From the NCBI RefSeq assembly GCF_009914755.1, contig NC_060931.1: a stretch of DNA of 64,000 nt; one strand, given 5' to 3'. This document shows positions 1 to 13,480 of the stretch, piece by piece. The DNA is from the human T2T-CHM13v2.0 reference genome, Homo sapiens. The notes under the pieces are model-generated. The model was not told where the DNA came from, did not search any database, and saw only the letters and a list, made by a program, of their open reading frames with translations. The translations under genes were made by a program, and so were the position numbers. How positions within the stretch are numbered: the stretch's first letter is position 1; every line of letters starts with the position of its first letter.

Positions 1-448
1 AAACAAACATGTCCAGTAAATAATGAAATGAATTGTGATATAGTCATATAATTGAATATTATTCAGCAAGTAAAATGAATTAACTAGATCTGTGTGTATC
101 ATCATGAATAGAAGCATAATATTGAGTGAAAAATGTAAGTTGCAGGATGCTGTGCTCAATACTATCCCATTCATGGAAATAACACACAACTTAATACTAT
201 TATATGTGTATATGTATTGTGTTTTATATAATATAAAAAATAAGATTTTAAAAAAATGCACACTGAATTAATGATAGTAGTAGTACCTTGGAAGAGAGGA
301 TAGAAAATGGAATTGAAAATGATAAGAGAAGAAGCTTCCATTTTATCTAGAGATTCTATTTATTTTATATTACAAAATAAGGCACAAATTAGTTTGGGGT
401 GTTGAGTGCATAACATTTATTATTCTTCGTACTTTTCTATATTTTTAA
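1..448 (+). mobile_element. Old L1 (L1ME-like) 3' end fragment
   Basis: AT-rich sequence with L1M 3'UTR-type motifs (gaatattattcagca..., atattgagtgaaaaatgtaagttgcag, cccattcatggaaat). Confidence 0.65.
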
Positions 449-584
449 ACCAAAGAAGGAGGAGAAGGAGGAGGAAGAAACGAAAGAAAAGAGTGAAGGA
501 AAGAGGGAAGAAAGAATAATACCTAAAGTTTCTATTGTTTCTTACAGATAAATAAGCTCAAGGTACATTTCTCCTTGAAATCAG

Positions 585-585
<1 letters not shown>

Positions 586-622
<37 letters not shown>
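586..622. repeat. (CA)n microsatellite, ~18 units
   Basis: Direct reading. Confidence 0.98.
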
Positions 623-623
<1 letters not shown>

Positions 624-1358
624 AAGAGACACTCATAACATGATTTTAAAAGCTAATTAATTATTTAAAAATTATTATCATTAGATAATGAGAACTGTGT
701 TTCCTTTTTATGCATTACCTGCTAGGAAATGCAGCTAAATTTTAGCCTTGGCAGTGATAATTAACTCATTTCAAGTGCTTGATAATCTCTATTTGTCTGA
801 TCCTTTTGTATGTGCTTTTTTCCCCTCCATTATCCTATTTCATACACTATCTCATTTCACAGCCATTTCAAATGAACTTGGGAAGTAATCAGGGAACAAA
901 TCCTTAACTTAAAATAGCTACTTTATTCTCTAATTCTAACATTTCTGAACTTGAATAGTAAAACAGGAGGGTGTCATTGGTATAATCTTAAAAACTGGGT
1001 TCTGGCACGTAGTTTGGTATACCTGCTCTTAAAACATCTTTGCTTTGTACCTTGGAGCTTGCTTGGGCATTAGAAGAGAGTAGGTGCAGGGTGGGGAAAC
1101 AGTGGGAGGCAGGTAGATGCTTGCCCTCCACTATTGGGCACTGTGGATTTTATTTGGGTGGCAGCATGTTTTGTTTGCAATAAGATGCTATTATGCACAA
1201 TAGCTTACCCAACAGAGCTCAGAATTAGGTATCAAGGCTCTTAGCAGAACCTGCTTCTGGGCCTGATTCCACCACTGATTTGTTCTATGACATTGGTCAA
1301 TGAACACAATAACGACCATTAAAAAAATGGGCTTTGAGGTCATATATACTTGGCAGGA

Positions 1359-1979
1359 TGTCTTAGTCCATTTTGTGATGCTATAACAGAATACCACAGA
1401 TGGGGTAATTTACAATGAACAGAAATTTATTGGGTCAGATTTCTAGAGGCTGGGAAGTCCAAGATCAACAGTCTGGAACCTGATGATGGGGAGGAACCCA
1501 TCATTTTACAAGGAACCCACTCCTGTGATAAGGACCACACTCCCACAATAATGGCTTTAATTCATTCATGGGCAGAGCCATCATGGCCTAATTGCCTCTC
1601 ATTAGGCCCCACCTCAAACCCTGTTGTACCAGAATTAAGTTTCAAATGCATATTTTTATTTTTTTTAGGCTGAGTCTCTGTCGCCAGGCTGAAGTGCAGT
1701 GGCACGATCTCAGCTCACTGCAACCTCTGCCTCCTGGGTTCAAGCGATTCCCTGACCCAGCCTCCTGAGTAGCTGAGACCACAGGTACGTCCACCACACC
1801 CAGCTAAGTTTTGTATTTTTAGTAGAGCTGGGTTTCACTATGCTGACCAGGCTGGTCTTGAACTCCTGACCTTGTGATCCACCCTTTTCGGCCTCCCAAA
1901 GTGCTGGGATTACAGGCATGAGCCACCGCACCGGGTCATCGAATGCATACATTTTGGGGAACACATTAAAACCATGACA
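1359..1979 (-). mobile_element. MaLR LTR (MLT1A/MSTC-like), split by an Alu
   Basis: Starts tgtcttagtccattttgtgatgctataacagaataccacaga...ctgggaagtccaagatcaa; resumes after the Alu with attttggggaacacattaaaccatgaca. Confidence 0.85.
1654..1936 (-). mobile_element. AluS element
   Basis: Poly(T) plus dimeric Alu in reverse; AATGCATA repeated on both flanks (TSD-like). Confidence 0.95.
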
Positions 1980-1984
1980 GTTAG

Positions 1985-2165
1985 AATCTGAGTATTGCCA
2001 TGACGACTTAGGTGACAGTGGACGAGTTATCCTTTCTAACCCCTAATTTCTTAATTTACAACTAAAGATACTATTTCTCATAAAATGTATGTGAGGATTA
2101 AATGACATTGCTTGTCCTGTGCACAGTGCCTGGCAATATTGGAGACCAGGTAAATACTAGCTCCT
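1985..2165 (+). mobile_element. MIR
   Basis: MIR core and 3' motifs (gtgaggattaaatga, cacagtgcctggca). Confidence 0.7.
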
Positions 2166-2610
2166 ATTTTGCCTTTCACTTTTACTATGCCTACCAGATA
2201 GCATAGCTGTAAGGATAAAATATAATAAAGGCATGCAAACAATCTTTGAAGGAAATGCAGATAACTATTTTAAAATGCAAAGCATTATTATTATGGTGAA
2301 TAGTTTCTGCTTCCAAAGCAAATTTTATCAGTAATTTTAGTTTATTTGTGTTATGGAAGCTGACTTCTTCTTTGACCTCAGAAGCGACTGCACAGAAAAT
2401 ATGGTGTGATTATCTGTTGTTCTTTCAGAATTTTCTTCCAGAAATTCTGAATTTGCCAGCATAGACTTGGGTTCAAACTCTGGGAAGCTTCTACTTTCTT
2501 GCATCCTATCTATCCTGGCCCCACCCTACCTGTTGAGCCAGGCATTCTTCCTCTCTTGACTTTGAAACCCACTCACTGCTGATATGACTACATAACTAGA
2601 GATTTGCCAA

Positions 2611-2613
2611 ATT

Positions 2614-2648
<35 letters not shown>

Positions 2649-2653
2649 TTTTT
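2611..2653. repeat. (TTTA)n microsatellite
   Basis: Direct reading. Confidence 0.95.
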
Positions 2654-3284
2654 GCCCAGAAACTAAGAAGAGAACTTAAATAGGATCCACGCACATTTTC
2701 CAGAATGTCAGTGAGGTGCTAAGAGAGTTTCCACTGGAGGATGTTCAAATCAGGCTTGTGAAGAGTCTTGATGCTCTTCTTTTTCTCACAGCTGCAAGTT
2801 GAGGGGAACCAACATGTTTTTTCTCCCTGCAGTAGGTCTGTCCCCAAAAGAAAGCCATACAACCAGTCAGCCCCCAAGGAAAAGCTGATTCCCTCTGACA
2901 TAGCTCATTCTCAGGCCTACCTGGCAACATCAGATTCCTGAGAGTGGTTTGTGAGTCAGTGCTACAATATTACTACCTCATTTCCCAAATAAAGAACCAA
3001 TACTCTTTCTCACATATACACACCACCACTCCCACTGCCAACACCACTATCACCACCACCAAGACCAGCCAGCTCCAACCAAGTCTTAAAATCTAATTCG
3101 TTTCCTGAACAGGTGGGCTTATGACATTGTTTCCCAGGGACTGTCTCCAGATGATAGTTATGTAGAGTAGGAGAGAAACATATTTAGAGAAAAAAAGGGA
3201 AAGAGGGGAAGATTTTAGGGTATCTATTTCCCAAGTTTTTGTCTGGTTCCTAGAGAGGGTATAAGCAAAGTTAAGGGAACCTTG

Positions 3285-3672
3285 CATTAGATTGCACTAA
3301 GTTATATTGTGGGGAAAAAAATCTCAGTGGTTTGCACATAACAGTTTATTTTCTCTAAGTCAACAACTGCCCATTTCCAAGGCTACTTCCTTCTGTAAGG
3401 TGACTTGAGAATGCTGGTCACTTGAAACTTGCCCAGCCCCTGGGACACGTGTCACCCACATCTTTATAGAAAGAGAATCAAGTGTGGAGAACTCACAGTC
3501 TCTCCTTGATGATTTGGCCCAGAAGTTACACACACCTAATTTCCCTCATAGACCAATGGTCACGACTAGTCATATGGCTCCAACTTAATTCCAAAGAAGC
3601 TTGGAAATGCAGTCTTCCCATGTTCCCAGGACAGTAAAAGGGGCATGGTGAACCCAGGACATGGTCTCTGCA
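3285..3672 (-). mobile_element. Old MaLR LTR (MLT1J/K-like)
   Basis: aatctcagtggtttg...cagtttattttct and ctagtcatatggctccaacttaattccaaagaagcttggaaatgcagtct motifs. Confidence 0.65.
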
Positions 3673-4589
3673 ATGAAATATTCCCAGGAAGGATACAAAC
3701 AGTGCTACACCAGGGCCCAGGTGACAAGAGCAGCAAGGGCTAGTCTTGCTGTTCTGGGCAGAAATGATGTCTCCGTCAGGCTGAGGGGAGGTAGCCCTGC
3801 TGGCACTTTCAGGGTTTTGGAGCTATAGGAGCACAGGGAGATGGCCCCTGGCCAGGAAAGTAATATCTTCTGAATATACCAACATCAGTAGCTACTGGAA
3901 CAGTTTCCTAAAGCCTGGGGCAAAGAACTTTCCCCTGGGAAATGAAGAAGCAATAATTTAGTTTTGTCTGAGGCCCATGTTTCTGCCTAACTGATCTGAT
4001 TAAGTATCTGAAATGGAACAGGTCACTTGCATTTTCTCTCCCATCTCTCTTCCCTTACTTTGGCCTTGGGAGGGGTCTGTGAAGCACTGTGACTCAGCTG
4101 CGGCTTCTATAGGCTGATGACAGAGGACCCCAAAAATGAATTTTGAATGTTGCAGAGAGCCTACAAGGGGTCCCTAAGTAGCTCAGAACCCACCACAACC
4201 CTGGGAACACAGATTCTTTCCTGACTTGTAAGGTCTCCTTGGGGTCATGGATTTTAGTTAAAATCCTAGGGAGGGTCTAATTGCTGGCTCTCCTCTCCTT
4301 GGTTCTGGGGTTATAACTTTGCTCCATCTATTGTAAATATTTGGTGAGAACTTGAGCTTAGGATTTAAGTTTGGAAGACCCAGGTTTACTCAGACTTGCC
4401 AGCAATGTGCTACTACCCTATTCTATAATCTCTCAGTGCTACCATAACCCCTACTGAAAAAATCAAAAAATGAAGAAAGCATCACTTCTTTTACATGTTA
4501 GGAGAATTAAATGGCATAAACACGTGGGAGCCCTCGGAATGGTGCCAAGAAGTGCCAACTTACCATTCTCCTCTTGTTTTGAATTTTTT

Positions 4590-4880
4590 AAAAAAACATG
4601 TACAGAAGAGTGCATAAAGTACAACTCAATGAATTTTTCACATACTGAGTGCACCCAAGCAACCAGCTCTCAGATTAAGGAAAGAACATTGCCAGCATCC
4701 CCAAGGCCGCTGGGGTCCCCTCCAGGCACCACCACTGGCCCTCCCTTGAAAGATAACCATTATCATGACTTCAAACCCCCATAAATTAGTTTGCTTGCCT
4801 TAAAATTTTATATAAATGGATTCATACAGAGCTCTTTTGTGTCTGGCTTTTTTCATTCAATATTATGTTTATAAGGCCAT
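4590..4880 (-). mobile_element. Old L1M 3' fragment
   Basis: agaacattgccagcatcccc...tttatataaatggattcatacag...cttttgtgtctggctttt is typical of reverse L1ME/MB. Confidence 0.75.
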
Positions 4881-5804
4881 GTACTTCTTCATTTATATTT
4901 TGATGCTTAATTATATCAATTTTAATAGTTTGTAACATCTTGTACTGTCCACTCTCTGCCTCATATTTTATGTCCACAAAATACTTATTTGTGTCCTGCA
5001 AAGCTAGACATCTGATGGACTATGGAGATTATCACCTACTATGATGCTTTCTCCATCTACCCATGCCTTTAAATGAAATGAGAACTGTGGGTGTTCAGAG
5101 GACAGTAGCCAGACTGCTTAGGTGGCTGGATACTCACTGAGCCAATGTCCTCAGATACACTGTTCCTCAGCCCTAGAGGACAATACTTCTGCTGTCCTGT
5201 TCTAGGCCACTGCTTATTCCCAAGGAAATCCAGCCCAAAGAGGACTGCTTCAAAGCTCTTCCTCTCTTCTTAGCAAGACTGAAACACCTTCTCTCCAAAA
5301 GCCATGGGATAAATAATAGATAAAATCATTGCATTTAAATAGGATAGCCCTCAGGACCTTGGAATATTTTACTGAGGCATTAAAGGAAAATTCTCTTCTC
5401 CATACCCTATGGTGGTGAATAGGGGACAGAGCATATCTTTGCTCAGTGCTTTGGTGTCTGCAGAAGCAGAATGAAAATGAGACACAGGATCCTGGACCAC
5501 TTTTTTTCTTGTTGGTTAGGGGAAATATATCCTTGTGCCACAGGGCACCCTGAGTCACACCTAAAAGGTTTAGCAAAAATGAGGGCTGTGTGGGCACCCA
5601 TTAAATTTCTATTTCTTTATATCCTGCGTTCCAGCTGTAGCCCTGCACTCACTAGCTCATAGGCAAAGGAAAAGTGAACCACAGCTTCTACAGCTTCAGA
5701 AATCAATGACTCTGCTATTTTGCCTTAGGGACCTCTCAATACTGACTCTTCACTGGCTAGGGTTTGATGTCAATGAAGTTATGACATTGATTTTTTAGGA
5801 CAGC

Positions 5805-6330
5805 AAGATCATAGGTGCCAGGATTTTAGTGTTCGAATGTCCCTCAAGTAGCCTAGTTCGTTACTTGTTGCACATGTCCTCTTCACTGCATCCTTGAAAA
5901 ATTAGTTACCTGTTTTTTTAAATTTTCCAGCAAAGAGAAGCCTGCTCCTACCCCCCACCCTCCTTCAAGACAGCCTGTTTTCTTGCTAAACAACTGTAGT
6001 CGTTAGAAAAGCTCTTTAATAAGCCACAATTTTCCTCTAGTAATTTCCACCCATTTTCCCTAGTTGTATCCTCTAGAGTCACTCAGATCTATTCCAATCC
6101 ATATAACAGAACTTTAACTATTTGAAAAATAGCTGTGATATATCCCTTTAGGTTACTTATTGAATTCCTACTTTTGACAAGAATTGAGTCCTCTCTTCTC
6201 AAAGTTAAACATTCTTAGTTTTAAAAATATTTATTACATGAAGTGGTTTTCTAGCTCCACTTTTGAGTGCTTTCTGGTTTGTCAATGTTCTTGAAATGTA
6301 ATGTCCCACATTAGAATGTATTATTCAATT
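5805..6330 (-). mobile_element. L3/CR1 LINE fragment
   Basis: gttagaaaagctctt, aatttccacccattttccctagtt, tcttctcaaagttaaacattcttagtt motifs. Confidence 0.6.
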
Positions 6331-7600
6331 ATAAAAATTAGAGGATTGCAATAGTAACATATTAGTTGGACAGATCAATGAATTTCAATAAACACCCAGA
6401 AATAGTCCCAAATATATATATATATATATATGATTCTAGTATGTGATAAGAGTTCTATCTTGGATAATTTATCATGATAAATTCTAGATGAATTAAAGAT
6501 TTCAATGTAAATATCCTAAAAGAAAAATTGTTATAGTTACATAATCTTAGGGTGTAGCATGACTATGTAAGTATAATTCAAAAGGCATCAACCATGAAGA
6601 AAAAGATAAATTTGATGACATTAATGCATTGTGTATGTGAAAATATCAGCAAATAAAGAGGCAAATAATAAGCTGAAAAACATTTTTGTAACGTTCGTAT
6701 CAAACAAAAGATGAATATATTTACTATAGAAAGAGCTCCTAAATTAATTTTTAAATAAAAGATGAATTATTTTAATAGAACAAAGCAAAGGAAATAAACA
6801 GGCAATTTAAAAGGAAATTTAACATGGTTACTATATGAAAAATGTTCAACTCCATGCGTAGAGGAGGATATTCTCATTAAACCAAAATATTGTTATTCAT
6901 CTATAAAACTTTTAAATATGGGATTAAAAACTCCACTAACTATAGTCAGTGTTAGCAGATTATGGATGTGAGAGTATACGCTCACATTCTGCAGCTTTGA
7001 GGGTGCATTGGTACAGCCCTTCTGGAGAATTAGTTGAAATATTGATGCTATGAATCAGAAATTTTAAAAATATGTGCATATTTTGATCTAGCAATTCTAC
7101 TTCTGAGTAAATTTCTTGAGTAAATAATAAGTATTATGCCAAATATATATATACTCATTAAAGCATTATTCATAATAGTACCCTCCAGACTTTAAAGTCA
7201 TATATCCCTATCAGTAAAAAACAACTAAGTAAAATTAAGCATGTACGCTAATCTATCTATATATTTTTAATAAATTACTTACGCGTAGCATCATAATAAT
7301 ATAGAACTTGTAAACATATGAAATAGATATGTTAAAAGTTGAGTTAAGTAGAAACAAAAAGACATACTAATATGTATGTTTCCCAGCAAACAAAAGGAAT
7401 TATCTTGTGTAATTCCTGCAGTGGAAACTCCTGACTCTGGAAACCACAAATTTTATTATATCAAAAGCTGGAAACATCTTAAATGTCTACCAATAGTTAA
7501 GTGTTACATAAGTTTTGTTTGATATAATGGCCAATATGATGGAATAATGTATAGCATTTTAACAGTACAGTGTAGAAAGAAATGGATTCGAAAGCACTAT
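6330..7600 (+). mobile_element. Old L1ME ORF2/3' region fragments, containing (AT)n at ~6411-6430
   Basis: aattctagatgaattaaagat, aatgttcaactc, attggtacagcccttctggag, gatctagcaattctacttctg motifs. Confidence 0.7.
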
Positions 7601-7619
7601 AAGGAATGATTCCACTTCC

Positions 7620-8595
7620 CTGTAGTGGTAAAACCGCTTTTAGTAGACTAACTCGTGTACGAGTTAAAATATTAAAAAAACAACAATTTGAAGGAGCTGG
7701 AGAAGGATCAAAGACAGGCATGGTTAGAGGGGAATTGACTCTTGAAAGTAGGGAACTGTGCAGGGAGAGATTCACGTTTATGGCTTAGTCCCTAGGCCAC
7801 TCCCAGGCACTCAACCTGACATAGAGCTGGAGTCCTGGCAGAAGCTGAGAAGCACCGCTTGCAGCATCAGGAGACAGAGTTCACGGTAGCCAGAACAACT
7901 ACAAAGTCATGGTGGAAATCTCAGAGAAGGGGTCCAGAGAAGAAGGAGCCCCAAAATCTACATATAAACTTTGACCAAATTCTTGGAGGACCCCTGAATT
8001 TGGCACCAAGGACCCCAGCAAAAAGTGCAACTGGAAGGTTGAAAGAACTGAGCAGAGATTTCTGGTGCTGCCCCCTGCAGGAGAGACAGGATTTGGAGTT
8101 TGAGTCCAGTCAATTGAAGTCACTGCTGGAATGAAAATAACACTCTTCAGAGAAAGAAGAATCCAAGATTCTGCAACGTATCACTCTCAATGCCCGGCAC
8201 AGAATAAAAAACTATCAGACATGGAAGAAACAGGAAAATATAACCCACAGCCAAGAGAAAAAGAAGTCCATAGAGAAATAACCCAACACAGTAAATGCAA
8301 AATGTGTAAGAACTTGAAGTCAAATATGATTCTAATGAACAGATGAGGAATTGCTGCAGAGAAATGAAAAAGGAAAAAAAAAAAGAACAAAATAGAAATG
8401 CTAGAACTAAAAAAGAAGATCTGATTTAGAGAATTCACTGGATGGGCTTAGCAGTCGATTGGAATGAGAAAAGAAAAAGTTATTGAACTTGAAGATAAAT
8501 AAACAGAAATGATGTAATCTGAAGAATGAAGAGAAAAGATATTGGAAAAAAATAAATACAGCCCCAGTGGTCCATGGGGCCATATCAAGTGATAT
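7620..8595 (+). mobile_element. Old L1M 5'/ORF1 fragment
   Basis: ORF1 coiled-coil-type sequence: aatagaaatgctagaact..., aattcactggatgggcttagcagtcgattgga, gaacttgaagataaa. Confidence 0.75.
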
Positions 8596-8959
8596 AGTGT
8601 AGATGCTCTATGATCAAATGCAACGCTTGAAAGGTTTATCTGACCTATCCTTCCTGGTGAGCATAATTGTTACTGTATTGTCTGGTTATAGACACCAAGG
8701 GGAACCACTGCACCTATAAGCGTATGTTTGATTTTTATATTCATATACCCAGCCCAGTGATATTTTACCTTCTGTCTGCTCATACTGTCAGTTCCCCAAT
8801 ATTACTTATTGACATTACTGGTAGTAGAAGTTTTCACTGAAGCCATGCACTGTGTAACCATTATTGGGAGATGGTTCTCATCTGATGTCTTGTTTTTCTG
8901 TACATCTTGTGCGCAGAGGTACTGATTACTTTTGTTCTGAAATATCTTTTGAGTGATTT

Positions 8960-9375
8960 TTATATAGGAAACACCTTTGGAAGATATAGTTTTTCTTTGC
9001 ACTGCAAAGGGGGAGGCTGATTTACTGTCCAGTATAACGATTATGTCTCCCTCTAGGACAAAGGTCAGGCAGGTTTAGAATGGATTACAATCGGCTAATA
9101 ATTGCCCGATAGAAATTGATTCGAGTTTCCCAGTTGTCAGGGCTTTCTTCTGTGACTCAATCCACTGATTGTGTGGGTGTCACATAGCCCTCTTTATTCC
9201 TGTGGAAATTGAGCCTTGGGGACCTGGTGCAAATGGTGACATCCTGGCTATTGCTATTAATAAGAGAGACCTTTGTCCCTCACCTAGAATACCTTGAGTC
9301 TTCTGCCAGCACCCATGAAATTGTGGCAGGTTAACTGGTTAGCTTGCAGGGAGGGTAAAACCTCATACGCTTCAA
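8960..9375 (+). mobile_element. ERVL-class LTR (MER73/MER74/LTR47-like)
   Basis: 3' motif tcttctgccagcacccatgaaattgtggcaggttaactggttagcttgcagggagggtaaaa. Confidence 0.65.
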
Positions 9376-9384
9376 TCTTCAATT

Positions 9385-9550
<166 letters not shown>

Positions 9551-11247
9551 CCCCTCCTGTCCTATGGGCATCTGCCAGCTTCAGCTCCTTATTCTGTGGC
9601 TTTGCTCTTTTCAGCAGCTGGAGTTCTGATCGCTCGGCTTGACCCTAAGATGTAAACAAGAAGAGCACAGTGGGGCAGGTCCAGGCCCAGATGGGTGGGA
9701 AGAGCTGGGCAGCACAGCTAGTATTTAAATCTGACAGTGGGACAGAGCCAGGCTGCTGCCTATTTCCCTTCATTCCCACCATTATTCATCCAGGCTCCAT
9801 TCTTGCCAAAGGACGAAAGCAGAAACAGACCCTGGCTGTTGTATTAAAAAAAGAAGAATACTATTTCTGACATTTGAGTCCAGTTCCCTTCACAAAATGA
9901 GACGTGAACTCCATCATAGAGAAAGTGAAATTTCCTGACACTTGGAAATTAAGATTTGGTAAAGACGAGCAGCAAGTGATGGATTTTCTGGCTCTGGACA
10001 TAAGGGCATGGACTGCTGGAGGGAGATCAAGGACAGCGTGGCTGTGAGGGGCTCCAGGGAGGCAAGAGGACAGACGGTGGCAATTGTCCTGGTGCTGATC
10101 TACACAGACTTTCTCTCTGTGATCTCTGCAGGGGCCCAGGATAAGGATGCCCTTCCTGGTCCCAGGCCCAGGAGCAGCAGGAGTGACTTAGCCTGGTGCA
10201 TGACCTGCATGAACCCACTCCCCTGTGCTGGAGGGCTGTCTCTTGTTTTTGGCCTGCAAAGGCTTCTGAGGGTCAGATGGCATAGTATAAGTGGCAGGAG
10301 GCTGTGCCATTTCTCAGTGGAGAAAATTAGGATCAGAACTCAATACCAGGGTTCACGAAAGCTTTTCCTGGATGCTTAGAAAATCATTGTGTGTCACAGG
10401 GAAACTCAGAGACGAGGGCTTTTAGAGACCCCATAATCAGAAGCAGAAAAGAGTTTGCTTTTTGTTACTGAGGTTTCTTTGGGGAGGGAGTGGGGGAGAT
10501 TCAGCAAATCAGGATTCTGAATCTTTCATATCCATCTGAAGGTGTTATCATCCTTGTACTTTCAAGCAAATTGACAAATGCAGATTCCACCCACTACCCC
10601 TGCCTATTATCATCCTTCATTAGGATCAAACTGCCCACAAACAATGTACAAAGGACTTTCTGCCCCTTTCCAATGTCCTTTCCAACAAGTGACATCAGGG
10701 GATTATAGCAGAATGGGAAACAGAGGGAGATACTTTCTCCCATTGAGGGAGAGAAATGGGAGATTCTCTCATTCTGTCCCTGAATTGACTGCTTGGATCC
10801 CATTAGTAGTCCAGGCCCCATTCAGAGTTTCCTCTCATAGGATGTCTGTCACTGCCTGATCAGTCAGAGCCCAGAACAAGGAGGGGGTGGCCAGTCCACA
10901 CCAAACCCCTACTCAGAGGAACTGAGCCTGATTTGGTGAAGCCTGGCCACCAGCTAGGCTCAGCAGCTAGACTTCTCTCTTGGTACTTTAAACTAAGAGA
11001 AGCAGAACTTTCTAGTTGGAGGTTGTTTGTGTTGAAAGATTGTCAAAGTGTAGGGTGGAGGCACCCATGCTGAACTGTGGGCATATCAGCAGGAGTGGAC
11101 CCTATGAGTTTATCCAAGGTCCATATGGCTCTGCAGGGTCCAGTCCCACGAACTCCTGGTTTCGCTTCCCACCATCCATCCTTTGCCCTCTTTTTGTCAG
11201 TTGCTCTTGTCTCCTGACTCTTCCTTAAACATGCAGCATTAGCCACT

Positions 11248-11588
11248 TGATATGGTTTGGCTGCGTTCCCACACAAATCTCATCTTGAATTGTGGGAGGA
11301 AACTGATAAGAGGTAATTGAATCATGGGGAAGGGTCTTCCCCATGCTGTTCTCATAATAGTGAATAACTCTCAAGATCTGATGGTTTTTATAAGGGAGAG
11401 TTTCCCTCCACAAGTTCTCTCTTTGCCCACTGCCATCCATGTAAGACATTACTTGCTCCCCCTTGCCTTCTGCCATGATTGTAAGGCCTCCCCAGCCATG
11501 TGGAACTGTGAGTCCATTAAACCTCTTTCCTGTACGAATTACCCAGTCTTGGATATGTCTTTATTAGCAGCGTGAAAATCTACTAACA
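11248..11588 (+). mobile_element. THE1 (THE1B-like) solo LTR
   Basis: TGATATGGTTTGG...ACTAACA termini; 5-bp TSD CCACT/TCACT. Confidence 0.93.
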
Positions 11589-12519
11589 TCACTTCTTCCC
11601 ACTAGAGAGGAAATGTGTTCAATGCAGATATTTGTTTATTCATTACTGGATTGCCCCAGCACCCAACACCCAGTAGGCATCCAAGGAATATTGGTTGAAA
11701 TGATCTGAACAAGTGTTAGCCACCATTGCCTGCTCTCCTTTTGCTTTCTTCTAGTTTGGGCTGGGACCTAGGTAGGGTGGAGTGGGATGGATGGGTCTTT
11801 AGGTATGTTTGAAGCCATAAAGCTGTTAGAGTGACTTGACAACATGAAATCACTGTCTAGTTATTGTACCCCATGAAAAATGATCTAGAGCCTGTCCTGC
11901 CTTGTTCTAGGTAATGCCTTATGCAGATCCTAAAAGCTTTCCAGTTTGAGCCCATCTCTTTCATGGGTGGGAGTGGGATGGGGCTTATAACAACTGACTG
12001 CTCCCCCAAAGGGGCAAGAAGCCAGTGGGCTGCATAAGAGAGCAAGGAGTGGGTGCCAAGCGGGTGCAACAGGCTCCTGGCTGCTCTTCTTGGCGACCTC
12101 TTCATTCCTTCTGCTGACATGTGAGACTGTGACCAGGCTCCAGGACCTCTGCAGCTCAGCTGCAGCCAAATTGCCTTCTTGAGAATAAACAATAAGAAAA
12201 TTACCAGGCTGTCTGATGATGGTGCTTGTGGTTCCCATGTCTGGCCAGAGATTGCCTGGCAGGGCCTGAAACTTGCTGAACGTTGAAGTGAAGGTCAGGC
12301 TGACTGGAGACCACAGACAGGGGTGGCAAAGGGGAGAGGAATTCCAGTGAGAGGAGGGGGAAGAAGAGGGGAGGGAGGCAGGGAAGGAAAGCAGTATTCA
12401 GGGGAAGAGGAGGCAAAGAGATAGAATGAGGAAGGGGTGGGGAGTGATGAAGGAGAGGAAGAGCAGGCAGGAGAGGTGGGAATAGGCACAGACCAGGACG
12501 AGGAGAAGGAATATGTGTT

Positions 12520-12670
12520 ATAGTAGGGATTCTCCACATTTCTGAGAATTTGGTGAAAGCTGCGGATCCCCTCCACACACACTTACACACACCAACATGC
12601 ACAAATATGATGGTGGCATACATTTCAGTGGGTTCACGGAATCCCTAAAGCCCTGTCTATGGACCAGAGA
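12520..12670. mobile_element. hAT-Charlie-type MER fragment
   Basis: ctgagaatttggtgaaagctgcggatccc...ggttcacggaatccctaaagccctgtctatggacc resembles small hAT MERs. Confidence 0.5.
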
Positions 12671-13269
12671 ACACAGGCTAAAGACCCCCAAATTAACAGG
12701 GAAAATGGTGTGGAACAGTGAAGAGTAACAGTGGTGAGATGAAGGAATCTAAATGGAAAAGGACTCCTTGAGCTTGTCTCCTTACCAACTCTTCTCCCCA
12801 GTGTGTGCTGGAGAGGAGGCAACATGCATGTTCTGTAGGGGTTCGCTCCAATGTAAGGACCAGCTAGTATCTGTTCCTATAATATCCCTCATTCAAGAGT
12901 CTATTACTGTTATACCCACTATCCTTATCTCTATGTTTGAGGAAAAGCTAAAATGTACAATGCAACACAATTTTGATGATACATTGAGTTCCTGAACTAA
13001 TGGAACATTAGTTACCAGCTAATTAACCAGTGTGAAAAATTCAGCTTTGTGTCTGAGTGATGTTCATCATCAATAGTTCAGACAACAGCAGCAGATGTCT
13101 GAACTATTGTAAGCATTGCCTTGTTGATATTCAGAAGTGAGCTTTTCCCTGTGTCTCTTTAGCCTGGCCCTTTCAATATGATTCTTTAGCCTGGCCCTTT
13201 CAATATGAACTTAGCTATACAAGAAGAAGCAACCCAGCCGTGAGAGATACATGGACACTATCTGTCACC

Positions 13270-13480
13270 CCAGTACACAGCCTGGTGGCAGACGTACCTG
13301 GGTTGAGATCTCACTTTGCCAGTTTCCACTTATGTCATCTTGGATAAGCTCATTAACTTCCCTGGGACTCAGTTTCTTCATCTGTACAAGGGATACAACC
13401 TATCTCACAGGATGTTTGATGCCAAATCAAACAACAGACATAAAGATCTACCCTAGATTCTGCCACATGATAGGTTCTGG
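13270..13480 (+). mobile_element. MIR
   Basis: cctgggttgagatctcact...ctcagtttcttcatctgtacaagggata core. Confidence 0.75.

Noticed and set aside
7649-7666. TAACTCGT-gt-ACGAGTTA palindrome
   Set aside because: Only an 8-bp stem, expected by chance in 64 kb.
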